A stretch of DNA of 64,000 nt. It comes from Gnetum montanum (lineage: Eukaryota > Plantae > Gnetophyta). Position 1 is the first letter of the stretch; each line of letters begins with the position of its first letter. Below, piece after piece: positions 49,601-62,941 of this stretch. The DNA lies in NCBI GenBank assembly GCA_015680685.1, contig MNCI01002388.1:69671-133670 (forward strand), given 5' to 3'. The notes below the pieces were generated by a model. That model saw only the letters and a list, made by a program, of their open reading frames with translations, had not been told where the DNA came from and did no database searches. A program made the position numbers and the translations under genes.

Positions 49601-51294
49601 CACTTTTAGGCATGAGTAACATGTCTTTCAAGTGGGACCCCTAGAAATTTAATCTTGTGCATGTATTTTATTTTTAATTGTGTCAACCTTACCAAAGGAC
49701 TACCTTCAAGCATGGGTAACATGTCTTTCTAGTGACATGGTAAGGAAGCACTTATTATACTCTTACTCCAATTTTTCATTAGATCTACAAGGATATAATA
49801 CAGCCTAAGCAATAGGATAGAACTCATAGCAGTAATCTAAGAGAATCCACTAATCTCCTTGATGTCACACCTTTTTCATCCCCACTAGGTTCTTCACTTT
49901 TTGGCCTAGGCATAATGATCACAAGTTTATTTTTAGTTTTATTAAGTAAAGAATATCATAATGGCCATGGTAAGAGCCTCTTATTATTGGAATGGATGGA
50001 TGGATGGATGGATGGTGTGGTCTTACTGTATAGGTAACCAGTCCCTTATGATTGATAATAAAGAGAAATCTTCATCTTATTGGGACTACATCTTACCTTA
50101 TTTGATGTGTTTTATTGAAAATTTACAAAAATATGTACAAGTAAAAGGAGAACAAAAAATGAAAAATTAGAAAAGATATCAACAATTAAAAATTTAAAAA
50201 GATAAAAAGAAAGAAAAAATATTAAGGAATATCAAAAATTCAAGAAATAAAAAGGTATAAAAGAATGAGAATATATCAAAGAATGTAAAAAAGTATTAAG
50301 AAAAGAAAAAGGTATAACAAAAAATTATAAACCATAAAACAATAGAAAATAAAAAGGTTAAAAAGCACTTATTAATTCCTAAGTTAGGATAAGGCCTCTC
50401 CCCATGACTAAACTGATGGGCGAGTGTTCAAAAAATGCACCCTAGATCCCCTAGATCATACACTATGGATTTCTCACTTACCATCCTTATTGATTTAGTT
50501 TTTCTATTATTGTCGTAGGTAATCTTGATGGTGATTGAATATCGATCATCTAAGTCCTTATTTCCTCTATTTTTTGGTGTATGATTATGGTTTAATATTT
50601 CCATTTGTGAGCTCTCATTTGGGGGTATTTTCTTAGAATAAGAGTTAATAAGTGATTCAAATGTTTTCATGCATGTTTTAGATGATTTTAGGTTCTTAGT
50701 TTTTTGCCACTGGGTGTCTTTTGGTTTAGTAACCCATATTTCCATTTATCCACACACTTGTTTTTCACATATATTATGGGTTGGTATAGGGATTGTGTTA
50801 ATATTTTAAACTTTTAGCCCACAACTGCATCCTTTATCATTATTTATGATGCATGGAAATGCTTGTCTCTCCATAGTAATAGGTTCATCTATTATGTTTT
50901 GCATTAGAGTGGTAATGGGTGTTGACTCTTGTGTAGGATCAGAAGACATTATTTTAATGAAGAAGGATGTTGCACTTGGTTGGCCTTGTGCTGGTTTTGA
51001 TGAGCTAATAGGTCTAGAAGTTTTATGCTCAAGTGTGAAAATTGTCCTAAAGAAAGAACATTTTTTAGAGTATGGTTGATATCTACTAGCATTATTGTTC
51101 ACGGGTATGTTTGCAGCATAAGTTACATTCTTCTGTTGATGTTGTGATGTTGATCCTTCTTGTGTTGTTGGTGGTGACATATGGTGGAGGGAAGTATGAG
51201 AATATAGAAGATGTCACGGAGGATAAGAGGTTTGAAATGATGATCCCATAGGAGATGTTGTGGGTTGATGATATTCAGGAGAGTGATAGTAGTG
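46691..51294 (-). mobile_element. Athila-like element D (same family as B), 3' LTR plus internal region, 5' half deleted
   Basis: LTR 46691-47716; 47717-51294 is collinear with 26484-30076, and homology stops abruptly at ~51294. Confidence 0.88.
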
Positions 51295-53580
51295 AAAAAT
51301 GTCTTTTTATCATAAATATCAAAATTCATCTTATGAAGTGTTGGATCCCAATGATATTCTCTACACTTTCCATTTTACAAAATTCTCTTTCTTCTTTCAC
51401 CACTTGGTTAATTAGCCTTTCTATCAAATGATCTCTAAGTTTTGCTAGTCTTCCTTGAGCATAGAGCCTATGGGTCTTCCTTATTCTATTTTGAAGCCCA
51501 TCTATGATGTAAAGAGGCTACTATTTTTGAGAAAATGCATAGTCTAAGCATCTATGTTGTAGAGAATAACATCTATCTAGGGTCGCATCAAGGGATTTAC
51601 CATTCCCTTACTTCCATTCATGGATATGTTTCCTCAAATTGGATCCTCTATAATAGGTCTAATACTTCTTGTTCAAGAGCTTGAGTAGGCCATCGATGGA
51701 TTGAATCTAGTTTTAATGATTTGTGCCAACTTTTATTTCTTTTATCACTATCTAGGGAAGATCTTAAGCTTTTGCCATGTAATTCAATGTTTTGAAAGTT
51801 GTAGACATCACGAATAGTTTGCAAATAATGTTGTAGATTAGAGTTGCAGCCTCCTTTAAATATAAGAATATTATTCATATTAATTCATTTTATGCAACTT
51901 TTCCTTTGATGCTTATGGGGTATTCTCATTTTTTCCCAAATCTAAATCATGCTTCTAGTAGCCAACAAGGTTTCATCATCATTAAACATATCATAGTCAT
52001 AGTTATAATCTTTATTTCTATCTACCTAAACATGATGGTCTCATCTATACTTCCTTTAATGCCTTCTATCTTGCTTTTTGTCTCTATTTCTGTCTCCATT
52101 TTAATTCCTACTAGGATGTCTATTATTATTCCTCCTATCATGATCATTTAGATTACTTTTGTGATTATCAGTAAGTTGTCTACTTTGATTTCTTGATGGA
52201 GCTCAATCTCCTTATCTATGATTATCTTCATTAGAACTCATTGATGAAGAGGAAGGGGAAGATGATGAACTTAGAGAACAACCATGGTACCATTTTCTTC
52301 CCTTGTGGTCTCATAATTCATGTCTACTACTTTTATTGGAGGTCTTAGGCTTTGAGGCCCTATGCATTTTGGAACTTGTTCCATCTCCTCTAGGATTTTC
52401 TATAATCGTTGAGGATGATCTTTAATAGTAAGGGTCTGAATGAGCATATTACACCCTTTATTGCAATGGTTCATTCTAGTTTTCTTCATTATGGATGATG
52501 TCATTACCCACATCAATGTTCTCATTGCATGGTGGGCTATCTACCTTGTGTGAATAAGCCATGTTTCAATTAATAATGTGTGTGTGGCTTAAAATAAATC
52601 ATTCATGCTTTTAACAATAATCATTGATAATCTAACTAATCTAGATTACTAGCACGTTCTTGGTAATTGTGCCAATGATGAGTGATGATGTATTCATAAT
52701 ACCCAACTATACTATCAACAAGCATCATGGTAGATTATGTCATAATTCATGGATGGAACTAGCACGATATCGAGATAGTTAGACATGAGATCGTAGATCA
52801 CTCTCTTCCCAGTTATACTCATAGTGACCGTTAGCATGTATGGTTAAGTATAGTCGAGGCACATGATGATTGATATTGTTCAACCATAAACTAATATAAT
52901 CAATAACAAAGAAATTAATTGGTTAATCTAGTTAATAATGAAATTAAATCCTAGCCTAGTCTATGACAATGAGTGTCCATTTATAGCTTATTGTACACAT
53001 CCTAAACTCACATACCCACTATTGGAATTATCAAGCATTATGATACTAGGTGAATTAAGTAGTAATACTACTAGGATTACCTGGTGAATATGTGTTTATG
53101 CTTAATTAGTTGTGCTCATTCTATCAAGTTCTATATGAGAGGAAAAATTAACTATTAAGCTAATTGTACGGAAAATAAATTGTATTGAAAGTAAATTCTA
53201 TCTTAAGTTAAAATGTTGCAATGGATAGAAATAATCTTGATGTTATTGTCATTCATGAATTATATCCAAGTACAATTCACTCAAATAAAATGTCATACAA
53301 CTAACTCATATCCATGTTGTAGGTACTCATTAACTCTTACAAGAATTAAGAGATGAAACTAACAAAGTCTAGCTACTAACTAACTAAATGATGCCATAAA
53401 TGTAGTAGGAGAACCATAATTATAGGCATTTATTATAGTTGTGATATTACATTTGCGATATAGAATCCTAACTTGTGATATAGAAAATGAGATACCATAA
53501 CTGACTAATGAAATTTTCAATAATTCTAAGGGCTATATTAGCCTTTAGCTTATCAATGTATGACATATGATGCTTCATCA

Positions 53581-54560
53581 AATGCTACTTTTATTTCATA
53601 ATTAACATACGTATTTTTCATGAGAAATTTTAAGTCCTTTACCCATTTTAACTCTCAAATGATGAGAACCTATTTCTACTCTATTACTTGTGTATTGTAA
53701 ATAATGAAAAATAGTAGCATTTAAATCATTTTCCTTTGCATTAAGGCCTTCCCTAATACTATTTAAATAGAATTTTTTTCTTTTACATTTTTTCAAATTT
53801 TTAAAAATATTTTTTTTATGAATGTGTAAAATAAAGAATGTGCTCTTGATTATATCCTTTCCTCATCATCATCCTAGCCTTATCCTAGCTCTTGAATATT
53901 CCATTTATTAATCCATAAAACCTCCTCACAAAACTTCCTTTATCTAGGGTTGTCAACATTACTTTTCTAGAGCATTTATCCAATAAGAATTTAAAAAAGG
54001 TTATAAGTGTAAGCTCTAAACTGATAAATTTAACTTGTAGGAGCATCATATTTGCTTCAAAAACCATAATGTCATTTTCTAGTTCTCTCTTTACTTTTAA
54101 CTCATCCAATAGAAGAATTCTTTTGGTTTCTTTTATCTATTTCCAATATTTATTTTCTAGTTAAGGACCCATTACATTGGTTGGATAATAGCATGATAAA
54201 GTTGCTTTTGATATTCTAAGCTAGAATAGATTCCTTCTTACATTTGCTTTTAAGGTAAATAAGGTTTTCATATCCCTTGTGACTCTTTAAGGAATTCAGT
54301 AATCCTATTTGTAATTACAAGAGCATTCTAGATCAAGATATTTATAAGAGGAGGTTATGTCTACATGTTTATTCTCTATAGTAAAAACATATACTTTATT
54401 ACGTGTACCACATATCATAATTTTAGTTTTCTATACATTAACATTCATTCTTAAATATTAATAAAAGTCACTAAGCATATTAAGTAATCTTTGCAAGTCT
54501 TCCATTGAGTTTGAAATTAAGGCAATGTCATCATCATAATAACAGAGTTTGACAAGACTA
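53581..54560 (-). mobile_element. RTE-X-type LINE copy 4 (RT end to C-terminal domain)
   Basis: YDDDIALIS near 54530, VFEANMM, and GSHHLRVKMGK..SHEKYVC (ORF 53602..53796). Confidence 0.78.
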
Positions 54561-54569
54561 TTTCCAACT

Positions 54570-54706
54570 CATCATCATCATCATTCTAGACTTATCCCAA
54601 TAAAATAGGATCAGATGGTTGAGTTCTTTTTACCATTTACCTCTGTGAAGAGCTAAATCTTTGTTTATTTGTAATTTCTTCATATAATCTTTAATCATTT
54701 TTTTCA
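54570..54706 (-). mobile_element. Short 3' end of RTE LINE with (GAT)n tail
   Basis: The reverse complement matches 12675-12813. A still shorter tail lies at ~53862-53890. Confidence 0.8.
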
Positions 54707-54960
54707 AGCATAGATACACAATCAAGTATTCTCTTAATAAAGTAAAAAATAACTTATTAAAATCAACCTAATAACTTCAAATTAAAATATTAGGTTATGA
54801 TACCTTATTTGCTTATGGAGGACTTATACATATATTATTGAGTACCCTATGGAATTTTAGCTCTCATAAGCTAAACATTGGCAAATTCCAACAAAAGAGG
54901 TCCACAATAGAAAGAAGCTAAAGACCTAACAAATCTTCTCATGAGGGAAGAAGAGAAAGG

Positions 54961-57900
54961 TGTGGATAATTATGTTGATAATATTGATGAATTTTGAGGC
55001 CTTGACTCTTAATCTTCTACAATGAATGATTTGGGAGTCTTTGAAATTCTGAAATGTTGAAAGTAAATTTTTAGTATTTTGATTGTTGATTTGGCTTATT
55101 GAAATCCTGATTAATTGATTGATTATTGATAATTATAATTGATAGAAATGATTGAGTAAATAAGAGAGAAGAGAGGAATATGAAAGATCATGGATTTGCT
55201 GGAAAATTTGTACATGAACTTTATTGACAAAAAATAGATTAATTACAACATTTTATGAAAGATTAGTTGGGGCCATACTTGGGATTAATGAAAAGTCATT
55301 CTTCATTAATAAAAATGAGAAGAAAATGAAAAGGAGAATGAATTAGACCCAAACTCAAGTACAACTATCTATCAATTCATAAATTCTAAAAATTTCTTCT
55401 TTTTCTTTTTTCAAGTGATGACAAGAGTCTTGTAATCCTTTGTTCATTTTCATCCATTAAACTAATAACTCTTGCATTTCATACTAGTTATTTTAGGGTG
55501 GAATGCAAATGTCTTGATTTTATCTTCTTGTATATGTCATCTTTGTGATGCCTATACTTTAACAAAGGTGCTTAGTCCTATATTATAAGGGATAGTTTGT
55601 TAATAAATGTGCCAACTAATTATTTGATTCAACATGTAATGACATGATATTTTTCTCCTTAAATTCTTACTTTATAAAGTAGTATTTGATGTTAATGTGT
55701 TTAGATTTTTTATGTAGAGCATAATCATGATGGCTAAAGTATTGTTACATAAAAGCTTTATTAGAAGCTTGACATAAAAACCAAGTTGTGTCATCAACTT
55801 TTTGATACATAGAATGTGTTGTATGCATTTTTCCATGGCTATAAATTCAACTTCATATATGTAGATAGACTAACTAAAGTTTGTTTCTTAATAATTTAAT
55901 ATATGGGATTCTTTCCATGAAATATGATGGATTCAAATATTGACTTTCTACTATTTTGTCTCCTCCTCAATCTACATTTGAATATGCATTAAATTTTCCA
56001 TCATCTTTTGTATAGTTCAATCCATAATTTGTAGTGCCTTTTTTGTATTTTTGTACATGAGTAAGAGCCTTAAAATGAGATTGCCTTAGTTCCTACATAA
56101 ACCTAGATAGATATGAGGTGTCAAATTCTAGATAATGTCTAGTTTGGTAAAGACATCTAATAGATCCTATCATGGATCTATGCATGGTTGCATCAACTTT
56201 GAAAGTTTGATCTTTGACCTTGAGGTCTATGTCATGTGGTAGAGGTGTGTTGGTTGGCTTTTCTTTGATATTAAATTTTTTCAATATAGAAGTTGCATAC
56301 TTACTTTGATGAACTTTAATGCCTTCTTTTTCTTCCTTTACTTGAATGCCTAGGAAATATTTTATTTCTCTAACATCTTTCATTGCAAATTCCTTTTTCA
56401 TAACTAATTTAAATTCTTGTATCATTTTGTCATTGGTGGTTGTAAAGACTAGATCATCCACATATAATGAAATAACAAACAAAATCTTCTTCTCATGTTT
56501 ATAGTATAAAGTTATCTTAAATATACACAAAGAATCAATTTTCTTTATTTGAAAATCATTGATTCTATGATACCCGGCTCTAGGTACTTAGTTTAATCCA
56601 TATTACCTTGCATAATTTATATTCCATTTCTTTGGTAACATATCCTTTAGGTTGGTAAATAGATACTTCTTCACTAGTGTTGCCATTTAGAAAAGCCAAA
56701 TTCACATCCATTTAATGTATTTTTAGTTTTTGATGTGTTGCTATTGAGAAAATTAATTTTATTGTTTCAAATTTAGCAACTAGAGTAAAAATTTCTTCAT
56801 AGTTGATGTGCTTTTTCTGTTTAAAGCCTCTTGCTATTAATCTTGTTTTTATATGTAATTATTTTTCCTTTTTCATTGAATTTTATTTTGGACAACCACT
56901 TGTAATTAATGATTTTCTTGTCTTTTAGCTTATTAAAAAATTCCCATGTGTTAATTTTTATGATAGCTTTATATTTATAATCAATAACTTCTTTCCATAC
57001 TTTTGTTTTTAGAGCTTCTTCAACATTTGATGATTTTGAGCGAGAGCTGAGTATGCTAAATTTGATATGACATTAGATATTTTAGTTGTTTTTTCAAAAT
57101 TAGTGTCCAACATTTCATTTTAAGGATGATCTCTTTGTACCCATGAGTCAGCTTTAATTTGAAATTTCTATCCTTTATTGTTTTATTGAAGTTCATTAAT
57201 GTCAAATTTATCTTTAAGAAATATAACATCTCTAGAAGTATACCATTTGTATTCATTGGTATCATAATAATTCTACCCACTTGTCATTGTATTAAATCCA
57301 AGGAATATACTTTTTTTTCTTTGTCATTCAACTTGTTTAAAAATTATATTGGAGTTTTGACATAGCATTGACATCTAAATATCTTCATGTGCTTGATATG
57401 TGGTAGTTTGTTGTAAAGAAGCTCATAAGGGGTAATATTCTTGTTGCTATTATTGATGATTCTATTTGTTATATAGATTATTATGGATAGGGCCATGCTC
57501 CAATAATTATTTGGTAGTTTTGCATTTTTCATGAGAAACCTCATCATGTCTTGAAGTGTTTTGCTTTTTCTTTTAATAACTTCATTGGATTGTGAACTAT
57601 ACCTACACGTCGTTTGGTGAAGCTTGCCTTGTTTTATGAAAAACTTATCAACATTTTTTGTTGATGAATTCTCCTCCCCTGTCTAATATAATGCCTTTGA
57701 TGGTGATGTTAATTGAATTTAGCATAAAATTAAAAAAGCCCTCAAATTTGTTGAAGGGTTCATCCTTGTTTTTTAAATACTAAGTCTATATGAATCTAGT
57801 GTAGTCGTCTATTATAACAAGTGAATAATTTACTCCAATTAATGTGTTTGGCATGGCATTCATAAGGTCTATGTAAAGAATTTCAAGAGATTTATCTTTT

Positions 57901-60050
57901 TCTTGCATATACATAGTGTAAGGATTGTTGGTTTACTTGCCTTGAATACAGATTTCCCATTTTCCTTTAGGTATCTTCATGATGTTAAATCTCATTGTCT
58001 TTTTTAGATTTTTAGTTTTTCAATGTTACTATAGAATGTATGACCTAATCTTTTGAGGAAAATTTTAGCTTTTTCTTCATCTATATCTTGAAATTATTTG
58101 CTTGATGTAGTTTGGACCATAATTTTATTTGATTTGTCTCTTAGTTTCATGAATTGAACACTAAGATCTTTTGAATTTTAATCATTATTGATAATATTAA
58201 TAGGCTTTTCATTCAATTCATGGTAGTCACAATCTATATAATAAATTTAGTTATTATAAGTTTTGATTATAATGACCTCTTCTCTATTGGTTTTATGATA
58301 ACATACCATTTGTTTCTAAAATTAACATCAATTCCTATTCTAGCCATGCATCCAATTGAAAGCAAAGAATTTTAAAGGATTGAAACATGGAAATCTTCAG
58401 TATTAGCTATAACTTTGTTATTTGAAATTCATATAATAAAATCTTCTACTCCTATGTTGAGAAGATTATCATCACCAATTTTGATGTTGCCAATTTTGTT
58501 GGGCTTATAATTGAGAAGAAAAGATTAATGAGGTATCATATGATTAGAGCATCCATTGTTTATAATCCAAGATTTTTGTTTCAATAAGGTATTAGAATTT
58601 AAAGCTTTGCAATTACATTGAATGTCTTTAGAAGTTGTTGATGTGGTTTCCTCTTCTTGAATTTTATTTTGGAGTTGTAAAGAATCAAAACTAATTTTTG
58701 CCCAACAAGACTCTATGGTGTGTCCTTTATTTTTTCAAAATCTATAGTATGGAATAGAGTTACATCTTTGATTTTGGTTAGTACTTCCTCTACTAGCAGT
58801 AAAGAGTTATTCTTTATCTAAATTATTTGTTCTTAAATCTTCTAACATTCTTATTTATGAAACTAGGTCATTTATTGTGAGTTGCTTGAATTTTTTGTTT
58901 TGGAGGAAGTTCATTATCATATTTTGATACATATGAACATTATATAATGTTGCTACTACCTTTTGTCCCATTTGGTGCTAAGTAAAATCACATCCAAATT
59001 TATCAATGTGTTTTATGGAATCATGCATTTTTACAAAAACAATCTTCAATGTATTCCTCCTTTTTTATCTCAAGTTTTTCAAATTGAATCTTGTATAGAA
59101 GTTCTTTGAAATGTTAATTTTTTGAACATAAATTTTCCCATATTTGTTTAGAGGTCTTTGGAGAGCATAATCTTCTTGTTATAATTTTTGATACATCAAA
59201 GATGATGACCATTCTTACAAAAGAATTATTTCTTTTCTATTTTCTTCTTTTATCATATTTTGTATGGAGGGATTATTTTCATATTTATCTTCTTTGCTTG
59301 AGACAAGTTTGAGATAAGTTTTCAAGTTCGGTAGCCTCCTAGATATTACTTTCTTTGACAAGGCCTTTCATAATGTCTTTCCAAAGAATAAAATTTTGAG
59401 TCTCATTGAAGATGATGGGAAATTTTGCAATTATCTAGTTACAATTCATTGTGATGCTGGTTCTGATACCACTATTAATAAGTATATTGATAATATTAAT
59501 GAAATTTGAGGCTTTAACTCTTAATCTTCTAAAATGAACGGTTCTAGAGTATATGGAACTTTGAAATGTTGAAAATGTATTTTTAGTATTGCAATTGCTA
59601 ATTTGACTTGTAGAAAGCTTGATTAATGTATTGAAGTAATTTCCTATAATAATTAATTAATTATTGAGAATGAAAATTGATAGAAATGGTGATTGAGTTA
59701 ATGTAAGAGAAGAGATGAATAAAAAAGGTCATAGATTTAGTAACAAATTCATACATAAACTTTATTAACAAAAAAATAGATAAACTATAGCATGGTATGA
59801 CCTTTGTTTATATAAAAATTAGTTGGGACCATACTTGAGGTTAATAAAAATTCATTTTCTATTAATAAAAATAAGAAAAAATGAAAAAGAGAATGAATTA
59901 GGGTCAAAATTAAGTACAACAACCTATGCATTCATAAATTCTAAAAAGTTGTCTCTTTTTTCTTTTCAAGTAATGATAAGAGTCTTGTAATCTGTTGTTC
60001 CCTTTCTTTCATTCCACTAATACTTCTTGCATTGCATACTATTAATAATA
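54961..60050 (-). mobile_element. Full-length, heavily decayed Ty1/Copia element F
   Basis: LTRs 54961-~55490 and 59473-60050; PBS TGGTATCAGAAC (59460-59471); TSD AAAGG/AAAGA; protease WIINNGCSNHM, integrase GGEF, RT ISLYVDDL (ORF 56093..56530), RNase H KHINIKYYFI. Confidence 0.92.
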
Positions 60051-60823
60051 AAAGATAGAGGAATAAAAAGACTTCTTAATAGGAGAAAACAAAAGCATTT
60101 TGCTTCAAATCAATTGCTAAATCAAGCATGAAACAATTTGAAATACATCACGATAACAAGTAAAAGAACATGGCAGAATAAAAGGTAGTGAAGCTAGGCT
60201 CTAGTATTTTACTAGTCAAAAATCAAGATGAGATGAAGTAAAAATTAAAACTATAGGTTGATACGATGGATAGGGATGGTGTGAGAATTTTGGGAAGGTT
60301 TGGAATCATTCTTCTATTATGAAATTGAAACTAAGAATTTTACTTATGTTCACTAAGACCCCTTGGATCTATTGAACTAGTTTTAGAATTCCTTTTCACA
60401 AATTTTTTTTAAAATGTATACCTTAGTACTACCTTAGAGAATTGAACTTGTGACTTGGGGTTATGAAGTTTTATTTGTATTTTGAATGTTTATTAAATGA
60501 AGGAAGAATTTTTTGTAATCCTAGAACTATAGTCCCATGAATCCCCAAAAGATGCAATAGTTGCAAAAATCTTAATAGATAATATGTAGTGTTGTTTGGT
60601 GTATTTTGTTGTCCTCTCACTCATATTTAGTTATATATTATTATTATTTGTACAATCCTTTATGAGTGAGAGGAAGGATGTGAGATTGATTTATTTACAC
60701 ATGTCTAACCAACATAAGCTTTCAACCATTATACATATAACTGAAGAACACTTAATTTATAATTATATAGATAAAAGTATAAATAAATAATACATGAAAT
60801 TTTATTTAAGATTGAAGGGAAGT

Positions 60824-61925
60824 TGATGAGTGGCAAGTAGTCCCTACACCCAACCATACGAACCACTAGTGTTCACTAAGTGATCCGGTTGAATTCCATA
60901 AACTTTAGTTCTCTAAGTACACTAGGTTCTAGGAGGTGAATTCCATACTACTGGTGATTCATAGAGAATTTCTCTAAGATTGTTAAATCGTTGGTGAAGT
61001 TGACAAAGAAGGATGCTCCATTTTTTTGGATTGCGAAATGTGAGAATGCATTCCAGCATCTCAAGTAGAAGCTCACAGAAACCTCAATTCTATGAGCACC
61101 TAATTGGTCTAGACCATTTCACATCATGACAAATGCATCAAATTATGCCTTAGGAGCCATGCTCATGTAGTTGGACAATTAGAAATGTCCTTACTATATC
61201 AACTATGTGAGTCGAAGCATTGTGGGTGCACAACTAAATTACACCACAATAGAGAAAGAATTGATGGTCGTGGTATTCACCTTGGAGAAATTCAAGCACT
61301 ATGTCCTTGCGTACAAGGTGTTTGTGCATACAAATCACAATGGAATCCACTTCCTAATTAATCTAGTAACTAACTAATAGTTAGCTAATCCTAACCTAGG
61401 CATCCATTCCCACTTTCCATATACATCCTGAACACATTATAGTGCCAGTGGGTTACTAAGCGTTAAGCGCTATTGGGATTACTAAGCATTAAACGTATGT
61501 TCGAAGTGATCATGCTTATGTTAGCTATTTAGCTGATATTAATTACTTAGTGAGAATTCATTAAAGTAGATTGCATGAATAGTAAATGCATAAAGAAAGC
61601 ATTAATCTATTCTAAGGGCTACAAGTTTTAATTGGAAAAGCTCATCCTTATTCTTGTTCACACTGTCATGCCCAAGTATATCAATGCTTGAATAAATATC
61701 CGTACTCTTTGACTCCTACTGTGAGCACTTAGAAAATATTCTAACTCTAGAGAAAAAAAACTACAAAATCTTTGTTAATAACTAATGAAAAGATGGATGA
61801 ATTGCATGCCCAAGTGTTGTATTCATAGGTTGGTACGCATCTTACGATATCAAATATCTGATAACACATCATGGGCTCTAATATCAAGGATTCAATAATA
61901 GGGCTTGATAAAAAATGATTCATCA
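60824..61925 (-). mobile_element. Athila-like 3' LTR G containing a captured pol fragment
   Basis: TGATGAGTGG...GATTCATCA, followed by the TACCCCCATG PPT motif. Confidence 0.82.
60946..61356 (+). pseudogene. Gypsy RT-connection/RNase H fragment
   Basis: YYW*FIENFSKIVKSL..LTKKDAPFFW..CENAF..LK..APNWSRPFHIMTNASNYALGAML..NYTTIEKELMVVVFTLEKF..VHTNH. Confidence 0.9.
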
Positions 61926-62865
61926 TACCCCCATGATAGAATGAAAACTCATCCTTGAGTGAATAAAAGAAGGAATAAGTTCTTTACAAAATATTGGGAA
62001 AGTATGGGATTATTGACTAATACACACACTTATGAGTGGCGAGGTACCCCTACACTCAACCATACGAAACGAGCGTAGCACGCGCGATCCGGTCAAACTC
62101 TGCAGACTAAATGCCTAAACGCCCCATGGAATACTTGGGGTTAATCGTTCGTTGTCTTCCCAGACTTACTTGTTGTTGTCACGGTGTATGGTTAAGTAAG
62201 TCCGAGGTATATGATTTTTTTGGTATCTTCAGAATTATCTCCTATGCTAATGGTGAAGGGATGAGAGACTAAAACTAATTCTAACTACAGCACAAAGTCC
62301 TAGCGTCAGCATCCGTTCCCACTTTCCGTACACACCCTAAACTGTGCAACTGTGGCTACCAAACGCTAATCATTACTGGGATTACCACACGTAACGCACG
62401 TGCTCGAAGTGGTCGTACTGAGGCCCTTAACTAACCTAAGTGTGACAAGCAGCTGATTCCTTGACTAGTTGTACACATCTGTAGATGCTCGTAATCAAGT
62501 CGTACTTGTCCCACGTTCTAGGAGGAAAGGGGGAGAGAATCTAATCGCGATGAGTAGCTGATTCCTTGGCTAGCCGTACACGTTCGTCAATGCTCGTAAC
62601 CAAGTCGTACTCATGCCGCGTTACTAGGAAAGTGATAAATAACATTAATTAAACCTATCCAAAGCTCGTCTTTATTGCTATACACAACTTGCGTTCAGGT
62701 ACAAAGCTGCTCGAATAAAGAACCGTTCACTTGGGGGACTCCTACTGTGGGCACATGGAAAATATTCTATCTCTGGGGTGATCAATCCGCCAGAGCTTCA
62801 CTACTTTACGCCTAGGATGTGAAATGAGGGGAGTGCCGCCTCTTATTTATAGATTTGGCGATGGA

Positions 62866-62941
62866 CCGCGATATCGCATACGCGATATCGCAGGGGATGC
62901 GATATCGCGTCGGACGCGATATTGCGTATGCGATATCACGG
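62866..62941. repeat. Array of five GCGATATCGC-type palindromes forming a ~26-bp-arm inverted repeat next to the LTR TATA box
   Basis: CCGCGATATCGCATACGCGATATCGC ... GCGATATTGCGTATGCGATATCACGG; CTATAAATA on the minus strand at 62844-62852. Confidence 0.85.

Larger units (their letters stand above)
24462..53580 (-). mobile_element. Athila-like Ty3/Gypsy element A, expanded to 29 kb by nested insertions
   Basis: Mutually similar LTRs at 24462-25366 and 52676-53580; TSD AATGT/AATGC; decayed tRNA-Asp-type PBS ~52657-52675; PPT-adjacent motif at 25367; gag remnant ~51480-52000. Confidence 0.85.

Noticed and set aside
46691-53580. Single intact LTR element
   Set aside because: The LTRs are of different subfamilies and the TSDs mismatch. 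The right LTR pairs with 24462-25366.
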